Shown here in pieces: positions 26,601 to 41,569 of a stretch of 64,000 nt of DNA. Within the stretch, counting starts at the first letter, position 1. Each line of letters begins with the position of its first letter. Under the pieces are notes generated by a model, which saw only the letters and a list, made by a program, of their open reading frames with translations, made no database searches and had not been told where the DNA came from. The position numbers and the translations under genes were made by a program. Origin of the DNA: Octopus vulgaris (taxonomy: Eukaryota); assembly GCA_951406725.2 (NCBI GenBank), contig OX597814.1, positions 210,614,001 to 210,678,000 of the forward strand. The letters are read 5' to 3'.

Positions 26601-28620
26601 CATATATATTTCACGTAAATAGGCAATCCTAGGAGAAATATAACGACCGCTCCTAAATATAATGCTCTTTTATACTTGAGATATAATCTAAATAACCGTG
26701 TCATTTGAAATGTAAGCTTCTAATTTACACATTTAGGAACGCAGCTTGACAAAGTTTATATCTAGCTCGTTTTATGTATATGTTAACTTTCATATGGACT
26801 AAATTTCTTAAATGCCAGTCAAATTGCAATGCTAATGGCATGGTAAAGCAATATTCCTGTATTTACTGTATTTACACATTGTGGATAACTAGCTGTTACA
26901 TCCTAAATATTAATTCAAAGTTGCCGTGCAAGAATGTAACTTGGCAATATAGCATGGTCACCATAACAGGGTAACATTGAAATGGTATGGTTGCCGCAGT
27001 AGAAATCTAAGTCGTTTCAATTTACACAACGGCAGATTTCTTTTTTTTCATATTTTATTCTTCCTACTCTTGATTATGTCCATAGAACTCAAAAGATTGT
27101 AAACACAACCCTAAAAACTATAATGTGATTTCTGTCGGATTTAGAAACATGGATTCGAACTGGAAACTACTATCCAGACGATAAAAGGAAACTTCCATAG
27201 ATCTTTGTTTTGTGCAATGCTGATTTCCCAAATGGCACTGCTTTCCAAATCACTTCTCATAATTTTTTTGGTTCTCATATCTTAATTTTTTTATTTTTCA
27301 GGATCTAAAATATCAAAATTAAAATCCTTGTTTTCTACTCTATCTTATTTGAATGAATAAATTTATTCAAAAATGTATCCATAAAGATGAGCCACTATGC
27401 GCAAATACGAACTATTCAGTACATATAATCTGAATAATGCAGGTGTGAACATGTCAGCCTCTGTGTGTGTGTAAATGTGAGCACTTGCTCATACTATGTA
27501 TAGACATACACGTGTGCATATTTTTAAATTCGAATGAATGCAAGTTAGATTATACCTGGAAGTTGTTCCTTATCATGTGTATAATCATTTCTTTATTTCA
27601 CAATCTTGTGTGATCTCATGTGATTTCGTTGTATTTTCATTGAAGATAGAGACAAGCGCCAACGTCCCCTGCGTGGCGTTTGTTGAGATTTCTCTTACAT
27701 GAAACTAGTGGTAGCCTTGTTAACCCACAAATAAGGGATATATGTTTATGTATGTGTATATATATATATATTTGTTTGTTAGAATGTGCCTGTGGTTTGA
27801 GTTTGTGGGTATGTGTGTTTTGTTTGTATGTGTTTGTGTGTGTGTTCGTGTGTGTGTAAAACAATTCTGGGCATATTCACATTTTAATTCTCTAGGACAT
27901 ATTCGGAAAAAAATATATTTAAACTTATAGGTCTTTATAAACAAAGAAACGGGCAAATTCAGACATCACGATTGAATTCTTTTCAAATTTAATTCACATA
28001 ACAATGCAGTGAAGAATGTAATTTTTGTGCACCATACAAATCTAAATACATCATTTAAGTACACAAATATAGAAAGCTGTACTTGTTTGTAATCACAAAT
28101 GGCAAACTCCATGGAAAATGTATTATTCCAGAGAGACGTTTCGGTAAAATTAGAATATACAATTATGGCTAGTTCTAATTATACTTTGCAAAAGTCTACT
28201 CCATAAATACTCAAAAAACATTCTGTCCTGCAAAAGTACCTCCCAGTCACGAAGTATACGCGTTTTATATTTCATTATGTGCCACGGTATATAGAGAGGA
28301 AGAAGATAATCGTTTTATTATCGATTAAGATTTTTGCATGAATCCACTTTAATTTTCTCTTCAAATGTCATAACATCAATATAAGATCAAACACTCTATA
28401 CAGATAAATGTTGAGTAATCACATTGGCTGCACCACTGATTTCCAACACTAATTTTTTTGGATATGTCTTTACAGCAAATCTATTTGATTTTGCAACACG
28501 AAGAAAATTCAACAGAAACAGAAACATATTCAGAGCGTGTACTCATAAACGAGAAATTTAATACTGAAGAGATATAAATTGTTCTCGAATCATTAATGTG
28601 TATAGTATGTTTACATTAAG

Positions 28621-28688
<68 letters not shown>

Positions 28689-28705
28689 TAAATTCTCTTA
28701 TTCAT

Positions 28706-28910
28706 TTCATTCTTTTACGTGTTTCAATCATTTGACTGCGGCCATGCTGGAACACCGCATTTACTTGAACATATGGACTCCAGGACTTATTCTTTTTAAG
28801 CCTAGTACTTATTTTATCGGTCTTTTTACCGAACCGCTAACTTACGGGGACCTAATCACACCAACATCAGTCGTCAAGTAGCGTGGGGACGAACACAGAC
28901 ACATAGATAC
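28706..28910 (-). mobile_element. 3' half of a family-A SINE
   Basis: tttcaatcatttgactgcggccatgctggaacaccgc...gaaccgctaacttacggggac. Confidence 0.9.
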
Positions 28911-28919
28911 ATTTCTCTT

Positions 28920-29365
28920 TCACCAAACAAGCAAACGCACTATATATTCTTTCTTCGTTTGTTTATTGCTGTTCTTATTTTAACTCGTGTTGATTGTTCG
29001 TAATTTTTTTCTCACACATCTGTGACCTCTTAGTTCATTCTCTGTGAATGAACATAGCGAAACAGGAACTGTCCACACACGAGGACAGAAAGTATCACTG
29101 ATGTGGTAACAGATGTGTGACGAAAGATTTCCGTTCAATGGTCATGAGTTAAAGTATGAACAGTAATTAACGAGTAAAGAATGAATATATTGTGCGTATA
29201 GGCGCAGGAGTGGCTGTGTGGTAAGTAGCTTGCTTACCAACCACATGGTTCCGGGTTCAGTCCCACTGCGTCGCATCTTGGGCAAGTGTCTTCTGCTATA
29301 GCCCCGGGCCGACCAATGCCTTGTGAGTGGATTTGGTAGACGGAAACTGAATGAAGCCTGTCGTA

Positions 29366-29408
<43 letters not shown>

Positions 29409-29720
29409 TTGTGTGTCTGTGTTTATCCCCCTAGCATTGCTTGACAACCGATGCTGGTGTGTTTGCGTCCCCGTCACTTAGCGGTTCGGCAAAAGAGACC
29501 GATAAAATAAGTACTGGGCTTACAAAGAATAAGACCCGGGGTCGATTTGCTCGACTAAAGGCGGTGCTCCAGCATGGGCGCAGTCAAATGACAGAAACAA
29601 GTAAAAGAGAGTAAAGAGTAAGAGATATTTATTTGGCCAAAAAGAAGAAAAATGCCCATACGGAACTACAACTATATCTGTTTCAACGGACGGCTTCACA
29701 TCAGGAATCTTGTAATACGT
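28920..29720 (+). mobile_element. Old PLE remnant consisting of inverted pseudo-LTRs, same family as 54787-56427, interrupted by a family-A SINE
   Basis: 28920-29027 is an inverted homolog of 29105-29197. It shares CTGATGYGGT.ACAG..GTGTGACGAAAGA, aatatat.gtgcgt and atatctgtttcaac..acg.cttcacat with 56214-56410. Confidence 0.75.
29200..29625 (+). mobile_element. Full-length family-A tRNA SINE
   Basis: Same A/B boxes, internal microsatellite and tail as 19195-19625. Confidence 0.95.
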
Positions 29721-32700
29721 ATTCATAATCGTAAATATTTCTTTTTTTTAAATGTAAAGTATAATGCTATACATGTGGTATTGTTGCGTTACTAGCTTTT
29801 AATCAACGATATTAATAGTCTGAATCAAATATATTCATTTTTTTTCTCTCGATTCTAATTTACTTCTCACGGTTGATGGAGCGCAACTCTACTACAAGTA
29901 CGGATTGTGTGGAATTTCATGCATGCATCTGGTAAACAATCGCTGACATTTTGCCAGTTCTGGTAGTGAATCTGTACCATGGATAAGACTATGATATAGA
30001 TGAAATAAATATACATTGTGTGGAAGTATATTTATATGTGTTATCGCTCATTTCTGTATATGAATTTAAGGCATGAAATCCTGCATATATACATGCATTC
30101 ATACATATAAATGTACATATATAATGCTCAGATATATATACGCTCGTATGTATTTAAGTATGCCTGTATGTATGCAGGAATGTATATATGTGTGTGCATG
30201 TGTATGCGTCACGCCATTGTTTCCGCACACTATGCGATACCCAAGATGACTCATTGATCAACGTTGAACAGTGGATTAATATATTTATTCATTAGATCAC
30301 TGCAAGTAATTATTTAGCGATCAAATTTGTGAACTAATGCAATTTCACGGTTGATTAATTCATTAGCATATTGAAGGCTAATCAAATTTAAACCGCAATA
30401 AAATAGAAAGTTTAAGAAGATCATAAAAAAATTAGAACAAATACCCCATTAACATATGTTATGCTAAAATCTTCTCGGAAATGCTTCCTTGTATTTATGC
30501 ATACACCCACCCACTCGTTTTACATGTATGCTCTTGTTTTCATGTGTAACCCTTGTTTTCTGATGTCATAGTTTATACAAAATTACTTATGTAAACGAAT
30601 AAAATCAATTTCTGTTATGTTTATCATATTGTCTATTAAGTTATCTATCACTTTTAGAGAGAAATTCACATTTTGCAACACCCATGTATCTTGTGAACTA
30701 ATTAAGACTATATATACATTAGTTTATGCAGAATACATTGATTTGCATACGAGGTGGAATACATAGTCTGAATCGCAGAGTTTATGAATTTCTTATTTTA
30801 TGTCTATTTCTCTCTCTTTTCCTCTATTGTTGCCTCTCACTGTTTGATTTATTACTTCGTATTCCGTGTCAGTCATGATTGATGGATGGTAGTTACTGAA
30901 AATATATCTCACATAATATTCCCAAGAGTTGTCATCTAGACTGAAATAATTTTCATTCAGTTGCATTATAAATATCTTTTTTGAAAGTCATTGACCTAAC
31001 AACAGCCAAAATTCATCTACTTTTGAAAGAAATACTGTTGCATTTTGTGTTGTTCGTGCCGTATAGCAAGTAACATTTCTCAACTAAATATTTTCCGTTT
31101 TCCATCCGACCATCTTGTGGCAAAACGATATAGCTGTCACTCCATCACATTACATATCTGTTTGTAAAATTATACAATATATGAATTACACAGGCAGCCT
31201 TAATATGATATTCAAAGCGACGTGTCTTCATGACCCCACCGCCATAATTTCAAAGTTCTGTTGTGTCAGACTATATACCAAATTTAATAAATTTGTCAGT
31301 AGCAACTTTCGATTTATATTGCAGCCAGAATACCTGTTATTTATTTGTTGATTATTTTAAAGATATATTTTATTTGGCATTTCACAATTTATTTATTTCT
31401 ACAAAAATAATGAAATGAAAATACTAGCTGTTACTCTATTTTATTTGCTCTATCTCAAAAGTCAACATTTCGCTATCATTCGAAAGAGATTGCGGTCCAG
31501 TATCTATTGATATACTGCGAATACATTTTGGATGCGAAACGTTTCACAGAGGGTAGTTTATAAAATTACAAAACGTCAAGAAGTAAATTTTTGTTTGTGT
31601 CTGGTTAGATCTTTGCTTTCACGCTCATCTTTCTTTGTTTCAGTTTATCTTGCCCTTCTTATTACGTTTGTTATATATCACACATACAACTGGGAATATT
31701 TTATTACTCTATCTTGTATTTTGCTGTGAGAAAGTCAGAATTTAGTATTTATATTGTTTTTCATTTCTGCATTAAGTCTAGGCATTAGAATGCAATGCGT
31801 TCCATGACTATCTCAAATCTAAAAATGCGTATATCGTAGTGACCTTGGGGAAGATACTTCTGAGATTCTTTATCTAGAAAAGCAGAGCTTAATAATATCG
31901 ATTTTTACTTACGTTGAAGTGCAAATATTAACACATACACAGAGGAGGAATATGCGTAATAATCACGACATTCTCAAGCATACATGGCATATATGTGTGT
32001 GAGTGCTTGAGTGTGCATGCGTCTGTATCTTGTGTGCGTCTGAGTGTGCGTGCATCTGCGTGTGTGTGTGTGTGTGTGTGTTTGTGTGTGTGTGTGAGGG
32101 GTTGGGATGGGGGTGATGTGATTAGGATAAAAGAAATTATTCAATTACAGACTGAGCTGGAACTTTCCAGTTATTGAAGAAATTACAATTGTGTCATTTT
32201 TATATTGACGATATATATTTCCAAAGCCATATTAAAATAGGAGCAAAATGGTATAGAAAAGATACCAGACAATTTTCAGTCTCGTTTGGTTCTGGTTCTA
32301 GGCTATGACATGTTAAAAAAATAGTGCGTGTGGATTTTACCGCTAATTTACTGTGCGTGGTGGAAACCACAGAGAATTGATTATGTGACATTTTTCTATT
32401 AAAATTCATAAAATGCTCATTTTTGTATGGACGTGTTGAAGTGGTTGATATAGATTATATTTATACATCAATGTATATCAGTTCAATAAACGTATGCATT
32501 ATACGATTCCAAAAGTTGCAAAAGTATTACTGTGTGGTTATGATATTAACTTTGCAAATGTGTGTGATTTCGGAGTTTTACATATTATACAATACCTCGG
32601 TTAATTGCATTCATAGCATTCTTTATGTTGATTCAATTTAAAAAATAAAATTTTGTACAGGCCGACAGATCTGTTTCTCTGTTTCTGACCAATAATATGG

Positions 32701-33919
32701 CCACTAGTGAATTTAGACACTCCAAGTTTCTCTAGCATATTATTAAACTAAATCTACTTCACTTCAACACTTTGGTCCTTAACCGAGACCAGGAGTGCTA
32801 CGTTTTCTTCTAAAAAAAGAAACCGAAGTACAGAAAGTATCCCCGACTGTTTGCAACGATGAACAGACAGTTGCGCGATGAATTAAATCCCCACTCATAA
32901 TAATACGCAACAGAATATGAGAATTCTACTAATAAGTGCACACTTCATACAACTCCCATCTTTAGCCAGAGTTATGTAATGCGACTCGGCTCCATATTTG
33001 AATTATAAGTACGAAGCAGAGAAAATAGGACAAAGGGAGAAAAATCTATACTACACCTGGTATAGTATTTTATTAACGTTCATAAAATCAGGGGGAAAAT
33101 TAGTACTACAGGAATATTTCACTTAGATTACACAGAGTTGTAATGAATAACATGTCATTATTAAATTCGATGAATATTAAAACATCAAGTTTATAAAAAA
33201 AATTCGAAAAGCAAAAGGTACCAAAACAAACTTTCCTGCAAATTCTCATTTAACATATTATACACATAAATTGATGACAAAGTGTTTACTTGTACCTACA
33301 TATTCAGATAAACTTCAACTAAAGATGTTGAATATTATCTAAGTAGTAGTAGTAACTTGTTGAGTGTGTAAAATTTAAGGAACTGAAAAACAAAACAAAA
33401 AACCAATCCATTTAAAGCTTGAAACGAAACTAATATAACTTCAAATTTCATTGCAATTAAATATTTATATACACCAGTTTTAGTGTTTCAAACACGTTAG
33501 TTATATATTTATTAGGTTTTAGAATTTTAATTTCATGCATGGCGAGTCTTTCCAATAATCGTTTAAAGGCAGGAGAATGACTGACGTTTATCTCACACAT
33601 AAAATAATTTTAGAAACAAGACTGATCAATTCACAGCAAAATTACCATGATCGTCGTAAACATTTATTATAAGTACGCTTGTGATTCAAAATTTTATCGC
33701 TACGAGCTGATAAAGTTGTAAAATAGAACCTTTTTCAATATAAATATAGAATGTATGTGTTTAATCAATTGCGGAACAAATAACAGAACAGCACTTTTAG
33801 CATCCATTTTTGACAGCTTTTTATAAAACCTTAAAACCTGGATAAGTATTTGGGAGGTATTTTCGAAACTCATATGTATGTATTTATATATATTATATAT
33901 ATGCATATACGTACACGTA

Positions 33920-34003
<84 letters not shown>

Positions 34004-34065
34004 TATGAATATATATATATATGTGTGTGTGTATGTATATGTATGTATGTATATAAGTATATAAG

Positions 34066-34106
<41 letters not shown>

Positions 34107-34544
34107 ACAGATTGTTTGAAGTGGTGCACATATTTTGTATATTAAGGAAAAGGAGGTAGTCAGAATGGTGGATAATTTTATATTTGGCACCTTCACCACG
34201 TTGTGGAGAATCATATGAACCGGTCTTACAGAACATTTATAACGTATATATATATTTTTGTTGGCAAACAGAAATATGGAGTCTAACGAAGAAAAGAATG
34301 TTCTTTTGTTCTCTATATATCTCGTCTGGAGGCACAAATAAGTGTAGCTTCGACCGACTCGCTTCTTCAACAAAAACAGTACTGAAAGGAGACACTAAAA
34401 CACTTAGATACGGTGCTGTAGCATAGCCGCAGCTTCTGGATGAAACCGGTAAAATAGCATAGAGATGGTTGTATTTTATTCTTACGGACAGCTGATGTAC
34501 AGCTTTTGAACATAAAGAAAATACAAGATGTCAATATTATTTTC

Positions 34545-34745
34545 AAGCCGGGCAGAATTATTAGCACGCACGACAAAATGTTTAAGAATATCATAAAAAA
34601 AGTAGAAAAAATTTCGAGTGGTTGACTTTGCCTTTCATCCTTTCGGGGTCGATATATCAACTACTTGTGAAACATTGGGGTCGATGTAATCGCTTAATCT
34701 CCTTCGCCAAATTTCAGGTCTTGGGCCTTCAGTAGAAAGGATTAT
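34545..34745 (+). mobile_element. Family-B SINE
   Basis: ggcagaattattagcacgc...gactttgcctttcatcctttcggggtcgata...ggggtcgatgtaatcg. Confidence 0.88.
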
Positions 34746-35044
34746 TGTTTGGAAGGTATTTTTCTCTCTTTCTATCTGCACATGGATGTGTGCGTAAGTA
34801 TGTGCGACCTTTTGGAAGCTTGGTTAGAAGAAGCAAAAGAAGAAAAATTACAACGAGAGAAAAACCGATGCAGAAAACTGAAACAGAAAAAAAAAAGAAA
34901 GAAAGAGAAAAGAGTATTTTTTAGTATTCTTATAGTCAGTTGCTATGTAGTTTCGGAGTTACCAAAAATCCAAGATGTCAAGTTTGCTTTAGTCATTGTT
35001 TTAAATGCATCTTTTTCTCCGTTTCTTTCTTTCTTTTTCCTTTT

Positions 35045-35078
<34 letters not shown>

Positions 35079-35136
35079 ATATATTAATATAAATATACAT
35101 TTACATGTGACACGCACATACATTAATATAAATATA

Positions 35137-35224
<88 letters not shown>

Positions 35225-36855
35225 CATTCAAAAATATTCCCATGCAGCATCTTTCAGAGCTTGTCGCTATTTCAGTTCCTAACCAAATGGAAATAATTGT
35301 TGAAGAGGACTAGTCCCTAGCCACATTTTGGCATTAAGAAAAACACCGAGAGGTGGCCCAGTAGAAAAAAAAGATTAAGTAACGTCACCAGTCATGTTTA
35401 GATCTAAAAAATATCTTTTCATTTTAAAAGCAAAATCTGTTTATCTTAGATTCACAGACAGAAGAAATCCTGAAGAATCTCATAGTTTTGGTCCCATGCA
35501 ACACAAATTTGTATTTAAAATGTTGTTAGATAAAATATGATGGAGAGATATAAGGCAAAAAATTGGATTTAAGTATAGTTGCCTTTTTTATTTTAAAAAG
35601 AAACTGTATTTTAATTAAGCTTAAGTGATAGAGCACAATATTTCCATACTTTTTTATAAATATATTTCTAGGGGACTTTTAATATGTGTCACGGAGACCA
35701 TTGAGGCCAGGAAAAAGTTATCAACAACACCTCTAATTGGTACATTTGACACATTATTAATTAGCATAATAGCATAGTCTGAAACAACATTGATTACATG
35801 GAAAATGCGAGCAAAAGAAAAAGATATACTTCAGATTATAAATCTGGAAAAGTACAGGACAAGCTCTTGGAAAAGTTCAGGTCAAGTTATTACATCTGTT
35901 AAATTACAGAAGAAAAACATTTTTACTTAAAATATTGCAGCTAAGGATAAAGTTTGAATATTAAAAATTATTTGGTTTTAATTTACAAAGTAATATTATA
36001 ATTAAAAATTGTAAAATCATTTTGTTAAAGTATTGACATACTAGAACACTTTAAAAAAATGAGAGCGAGAAGTACGAATATAGCTAACGTTTTATGCAAA
36101 GTAGAATACTATATATGGCAGAGACATTCATTATGTAAAAATAGGCATTGTTCAAGACTAAAAATGTGAAGATTTGGAAATAACTTAGGCAATAACTGAA
36201 GGAAGTTTTACAGTGAATTTTTTGATAGAGTTAGATTTTCCTGTAATATATAACTAATTTTTGCATTATTCTATTTATTGTACTAATGAATTGTGTACAG
36301 CTGTTATTTTTTATAACCTATTTTCAAATTTCTAATTATTAATTAATAATTAAAAAATGAATTTTTTTAAAGTGCAAAAAATATTTTGAGTTATTTCTTA
36401 TTTTTAATAAATGTAACAAGTAAAAATAAATAGAAGTAATAAATTGTGATAATTTTTTTTAGTTTTAATAAAAGCTAATATTTTCTAAATCTAAATATTT
36501 TATTTGAAATTTTACTCTTAGCTGTAATATTGAAGTATAAAATTTCTTGTTCTGTAATATATATTGTTCTTAAGTATATTATTTTTTTTGCTCGCATTTT
36601 ACCATATAAAATATGTATATATATATATATATAGATACAAACATATATATACATATATTTATATGCACATAGTTATATAGATACCCACTTACGTAACTGC
36701 ATTTACGTGTGCTAGCATGTGTGTGTACGTGTGTATATGTGTGTATGCGCACGCTCGTATACGTTTATAGACTGTGATGAGAGGACGTGTGTAGTGGAAT
36801 TATCAAATAACATCATTTTTATATCTCAGAGTAGGTATGATACGGATTAATGTTA

Positions 36856-37140
36856 CGGCTCATGGCCCAGTAGTTAAGGGTGTTGTACTCGAGATCTTGG
36901 TTGCAATTCCTAGACCGGGCGGTGAGTTGTTTTCGTAAGCAAAACACATCATATCCCATAACTCTGCGATCCCTTCGACACTTGATGAGCGATACACCGT
37001 GCACCTGTTCAAGCAACGTCGATTTAGAGACAGCGATCTAAGGTACAGCACATACATGCCATCTTCATGAAAGAAATTATTTGACCAGGTCCTTCGGCAA
37101 CAGGTGAACGGTCATACCTCATCTACGACGGGAGAATCCA
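36856..37140 (+). mobile_element. tRNA-derived SINE with a family-C-like head and a different 3' body
   Basis: atggcccagtagttaaggg...attcctagaccgggc resembles the head at 57113-57178. Confidence 0.7.
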
Positions 37141-37142
37141 TC

Positions 37143-37408
<266 letters not shown>

Positions 37409-37585
37409 AAAATAGGCAGCATTAACTGTAGTAAATTATTTGCTGCAGTTTTTGTTTCCAGAATTTAGCGCGCCAGAACTCGGACATTTGAAATTAACCC
37501 CAATGTAATCGGTAGAACTAAGCACGTGTCTGTTTTTATACGGAAAATTGGTGGTTAGTTTTACAAATCATATTGCTTTTGGAAC

Positions 37586-37662
37586 GATCGTACTGATGAG
37601 TCCTCCGGACGAAGGATTATGTAAGTGATTTATTCGTTAATAGACGAAACCGGTATGCGATT
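37586..37662 (+). ncRNA. Type I hammerhead ribozyme (PLE pseudo-LTR / retrozyme type)
   Basis: Stem I GATCGTA/TGCGATT; core CTGATGA (37593-37599); stem II GTC...GAC; GAAA (37646-37649); palindromic minimal stem III ACCGGT; GTA cleavage triplet. Confidence 0.85.
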
Positions 37663-39059
37663 ATTTCTTGATTTTTATATAATTTTCATCTGTCTTGCCC
37701 GCATATGGTTCTGGTGTCCGCTGAACTTTCTCTAGAGAACATTCTTTCTTTGTACTTTGATCGTAGGTGATCTATTTCTAGCTTATGGCTGTCCACATAG
37801 TGGTTTTTAGCCCTTAATATATATATATGTAGATATATAGATATATACAAACAAATATATACACGCAGGTGTTTCTGCGTGTCTAGTATGTGCATTGGTA
37901 CATAAATGTGAGTCCATGTAATTTGCAATTGACTTTAATGTGTGTTTCAATAAGAGCCATTCTTCGGTGCAATAAGCCTGAGAATACCCAGCGTTTGATT
38001 GTGTGAGCATAGAACAGATATTTTAATTACTACACAAGATCTGTTACGCACATTCATGCACAACCATTTACATACGAACTGCGCACACGCTTAACAACGA
38101 CTTACAAGCAGAAAGCTTCACAAATGTATAAATAGTAATATTACACCCATCATTACTTCTAATATCTGTGTGTTTGCACAGGTATGCATTTTTTTCTGAA
38201 TGCATGCACGTTTTCGTGTTTAGGAATTGGGAAGAGCACGTGTCATACGCTCCGCTACCATATGTGTTTTCTGACTATAGTACATCTAGATTTACCTAAC
38301 TTTTTCGTTCTTGATGCTTTTCGATGTAAGCGGCGTTTCCTTTCACTAGAACAAAAATAGAATTTAACAGGACTTACGACAAGTATGCTTGGGTATTTTG
38401 AACATGACGTTCCTAATCTTTTATTTTTAAACTTTTTTTCCGTCAAATGTTCTTCAATAATAAGAATATTTATTTTTTCTTAATTTCGTGTCCTATTTCA
38501 TGTTAAATGCGTGATTTTTATAGCATGGATTTCTTTGTGTAATTTCCTTAATTTTATTGGCTTTAGGATTCGTTGCGTTATTAAAATGGAAGCCAATAAA
38601 ATCTCCCAATATCTTACACTATCAATATATTTGAATTTCATCACGAATGTAAAATAAAAAATGTGACATGTACCTCGATTATCGAGAAATATAATGAAAG
38701 TGAAACAAAGATAATTAGCAAATTTTGTTTACCATTTATTTCTATTCCTCGAAAATTGAACATTCACTTACAGTTGATTCTAATAGCTCGATTTAAATAG
38801 TCCAAAATAAAATAATTTCCTATTACTATGAGCTTGATTAAATTAATTATAAACACGTCATGCTCTTAGTATGTCCAATTATGCATAATGGCAGAGATTA
38901 TTAGATATCATCATTTTGACAACGTACTATTCATTATGATATGAAATTTTTACCATATTATAATAAGTAATATAATTAAGATCATATTACGTATCAGCAC
39001 AACGAAGCGTGTTCGTACTATTAAAAATTGTATCGATGGCATTTCTTTTCTTCTTTGTT

Positions 39060-39126
39060 AACAACAACAACAGCAGCAACAACATGAACAAGAACAAGAA
39101 CAAGAACAGCAACAATAATAATAATG

Positions 39127-39173
<47 letters not shown>

Positions 39174-39179
39174 TATAAT

Positions 39180-39233
<54 letters not shown>
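39060..39233. repeat. (AAC)n-(AACAAG)n-(AAT)n microsatellite
   Basis: Directly visible. Confidence 0.95.
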
Positions 39234-39235
<2 letters not shown>

Positions 39236-39948
39236 CAATGGATAGAGCCTGCTATCCACGTGCAGCCACTGACCACCTAGGCACCAAGAAAGCGAATGGT
39301 GGAAGGAAAATGATGAGAGAGGAAAACTGCAGACTACGTGCATAGCCAACGTGGATACTTGCTGCGTTATCAATCCCAAATGTTGCCAGTGGCAGATAGA
39401 GATGAGATCATACTGAATGCAGCAAAGAAGAAAAATATAAAACATGAAGTAGAAGAAGGTCATGAAGACGCTCTACGAACAAGGGACTACACAATCAGTT
39501 CCATGTAGCAGCAACTAAAGTTGCTGGGCAAGCTAGGTGGCACTAGTTGTAAAAAGTGAACTCTGAAAAAATGGAGTGAGAGTAGCAGTGCAGAATACAA
39601 GCTATCACAATACAATGACATCACAAACCTAGCTTTCACCAAAAATTCGAGAATAAACCTATACAAATGAGCAAAGGTTTGCACTGTACTCAGATTATAA
39701 ACGAATGCCCGCGACTTGCAGCGAAAATGCTACACTGGAAACAGCGGGAAATGTGGGGACAAGAAAAAGAGGCAAAACATGATATGAGCACAAACCACAG
39801 AGAGTAATGAAGTCAGAGTCCAGCAAAATTCTATGGGATTTATCAATCAAAATGGGCCCGGTAATTAAGCAAGACATGCTGAGAATCTGGTGGTGAACTA
39901 TTGTCACATTGGCCCACGAATATCAAGAAGAATGGCGACGAATTCACA
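39234..39948 (+). mobile_element. Decayed Dong/R4-like RLE non-LTR retrotransposon fragment
   Basis: MDRACYPRAATDHL..KKANGGR (cf. HP.A...RLY..R..GGRG) and YEHKPQRVMKSESSKILWDLSI; begins directly after (AAT)n. Confidence 0.7.
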
Positions 39949-40620
39949 TATGAGAGGTGGTAACAAGAGCTTCCCGGACTTATTTACTTATGTTTGATAT
40001 CCATCTCCTTCGAAATAGGAATCTTGCACAGCAATTCAACCGTCCGAGCATTCCTGCTACTTTTCGAATCTGACCTGGGAATTGTTTTCTCTGAGACATC
40101 CGAAGAACTTCTGCGATTCGCTCTGGATCCAACAGTGTTAAAACAGCGACCTTTGAGCTGCATTTTCCTCTTGGAGATGAGATGTAAGTCCGCAGTGCAA
40201 CATCTGGCGCAAAGTGCGATTGCGGAAACGATAGCATATTGTTTTTGGTGACAAAGTCAGGAGTGAGCAGAGCTCGGTGGCATGATGCATTGTCGTCATG
40301 CCGTCATGAAGTATACAGATCTGGACGCTTTCGCCGAATGTCCGCTATGTAGCGCTTCAAAGCGTCGGAGTAGAACACTCGATTGACGGTCTGGCTCAGG
40401 GTTGGGGGAATTTTCGATGCAGAATACAACATTTCCGGGGTGACGCTCGTGGATGGTCTTCCAAGTCGATCATTGTCTTCCCGGGTTGTTCTTTCACTCT
40501 GAAGGCGACCACGCCGCTCAAAAAACTTGTGTTCGGACCACTGACTCGTCACCGTAAGCTTGCCGAATCCTGCTCAATATTTCTGTCACAGACTTCGAAA
40601 TTTAGCACAAAATTTCACGT
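39949..40620 (-). mobile_element. Decayed, internally deleted mariner (Tc1/mariner) transposon
   Basis: Minus-strand EDNDRLGRPSTS, QTVNRVFY..LKR...IRRKRP, HDDNASCH and FAPDVA (cf. YSPDLAP); TIR-like TAtgagaggtggtaacaagagcttcccggact at 39949-39980. Confidence 0.85.
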
Positions 40621-40639
40621 TTGCTCTTTCTTCCTGTCC

Positions 40640-40775
40640 ATGACATAATCGATGAATTGATGGAGGACTAAGTGAATCTCGGCGGAATTCTGACTTAAAA
40701 AAATAAATACGGACGAAATGGCGCTAAGTATTTTGTCCGGTGTGCTAATGATTCTACGAAGTCGCCGCCTTGCAA
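40640..40775 (-). mobile_element. Family-B SINE fragment
   Basis: ctcggcggaatt...acggacgaaatggcgctaagtattttgtccggtgtgctaatgattct...tcgccgcctt. Confidence 0.8.
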
Positions 40776-41569
40776 ACAATATCAACAACAGCGACGCAAC
40801 AACAGCAACAACAACAACAACAATGGTCTTTTCTGCTAAATGCACAAAGCCTGAAACATTCAGGAACGACCCTAGTGTGTCACTGATACTTAATTTAGAA
40901 ATGCTAAGTCCAACTCGATGGAATTTGATCTCAAAACGTAAAGACATACGAAATGCCGCTCATCATTTTCTCAGCTTGCTAATAAATTCTGCTTTGTCGC
41001 AGCCTTACAATTTCAAAAGGAAGTTACTCTGCAAATTTAAACTCTACTAAACCCATTATTTATTTATTTTGTGCCATGTGTGTATGAGTACGTGTGCGTG
41101 AGTCTATGTGCATGTGAGAGTGTGTGTGTGTTAGTATGTGGTTGCTAATTGATTAATTGATTAATGTCACATCGAAGCATTCTCTGCATGGTGAATAGTT
41201 CCGTAGTTAAAAAACAAAAGATGAAACATGTTTCCAGGAAATAGGAAATTCATATACTTCTCAAAAGAATGACTTGTGTATAAACACGTTTCAACCTTCT
41301 TAATCAAAGTTCTTTGTAACACGTGAGATGTTTATAAATAATCACGATGAAAGCAAGACTTCAAAGAAGACATGAAAACAATGATGTAACATACGTTAAC
41401 TTTTCTAAATTCTCGTGGTTCGTTGCGAGATACACTTTAGAAATCCGAAGATTTTCATTCTGGAAATTCACATGAATTTGTTAAAAATAAACAACAACAA
41501 CAACAACACCACCACCACCACCACCACCACCACCACCGCCACCAACAAGAACATAAAAGAGAAAAGGAG

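Noticed and set aside
35245-36600. Very AT-rich block, considered as a NUMT or decayed transposase
   Set aside because: No mitochondrial gene, tRNA or transposase motif could be identified.
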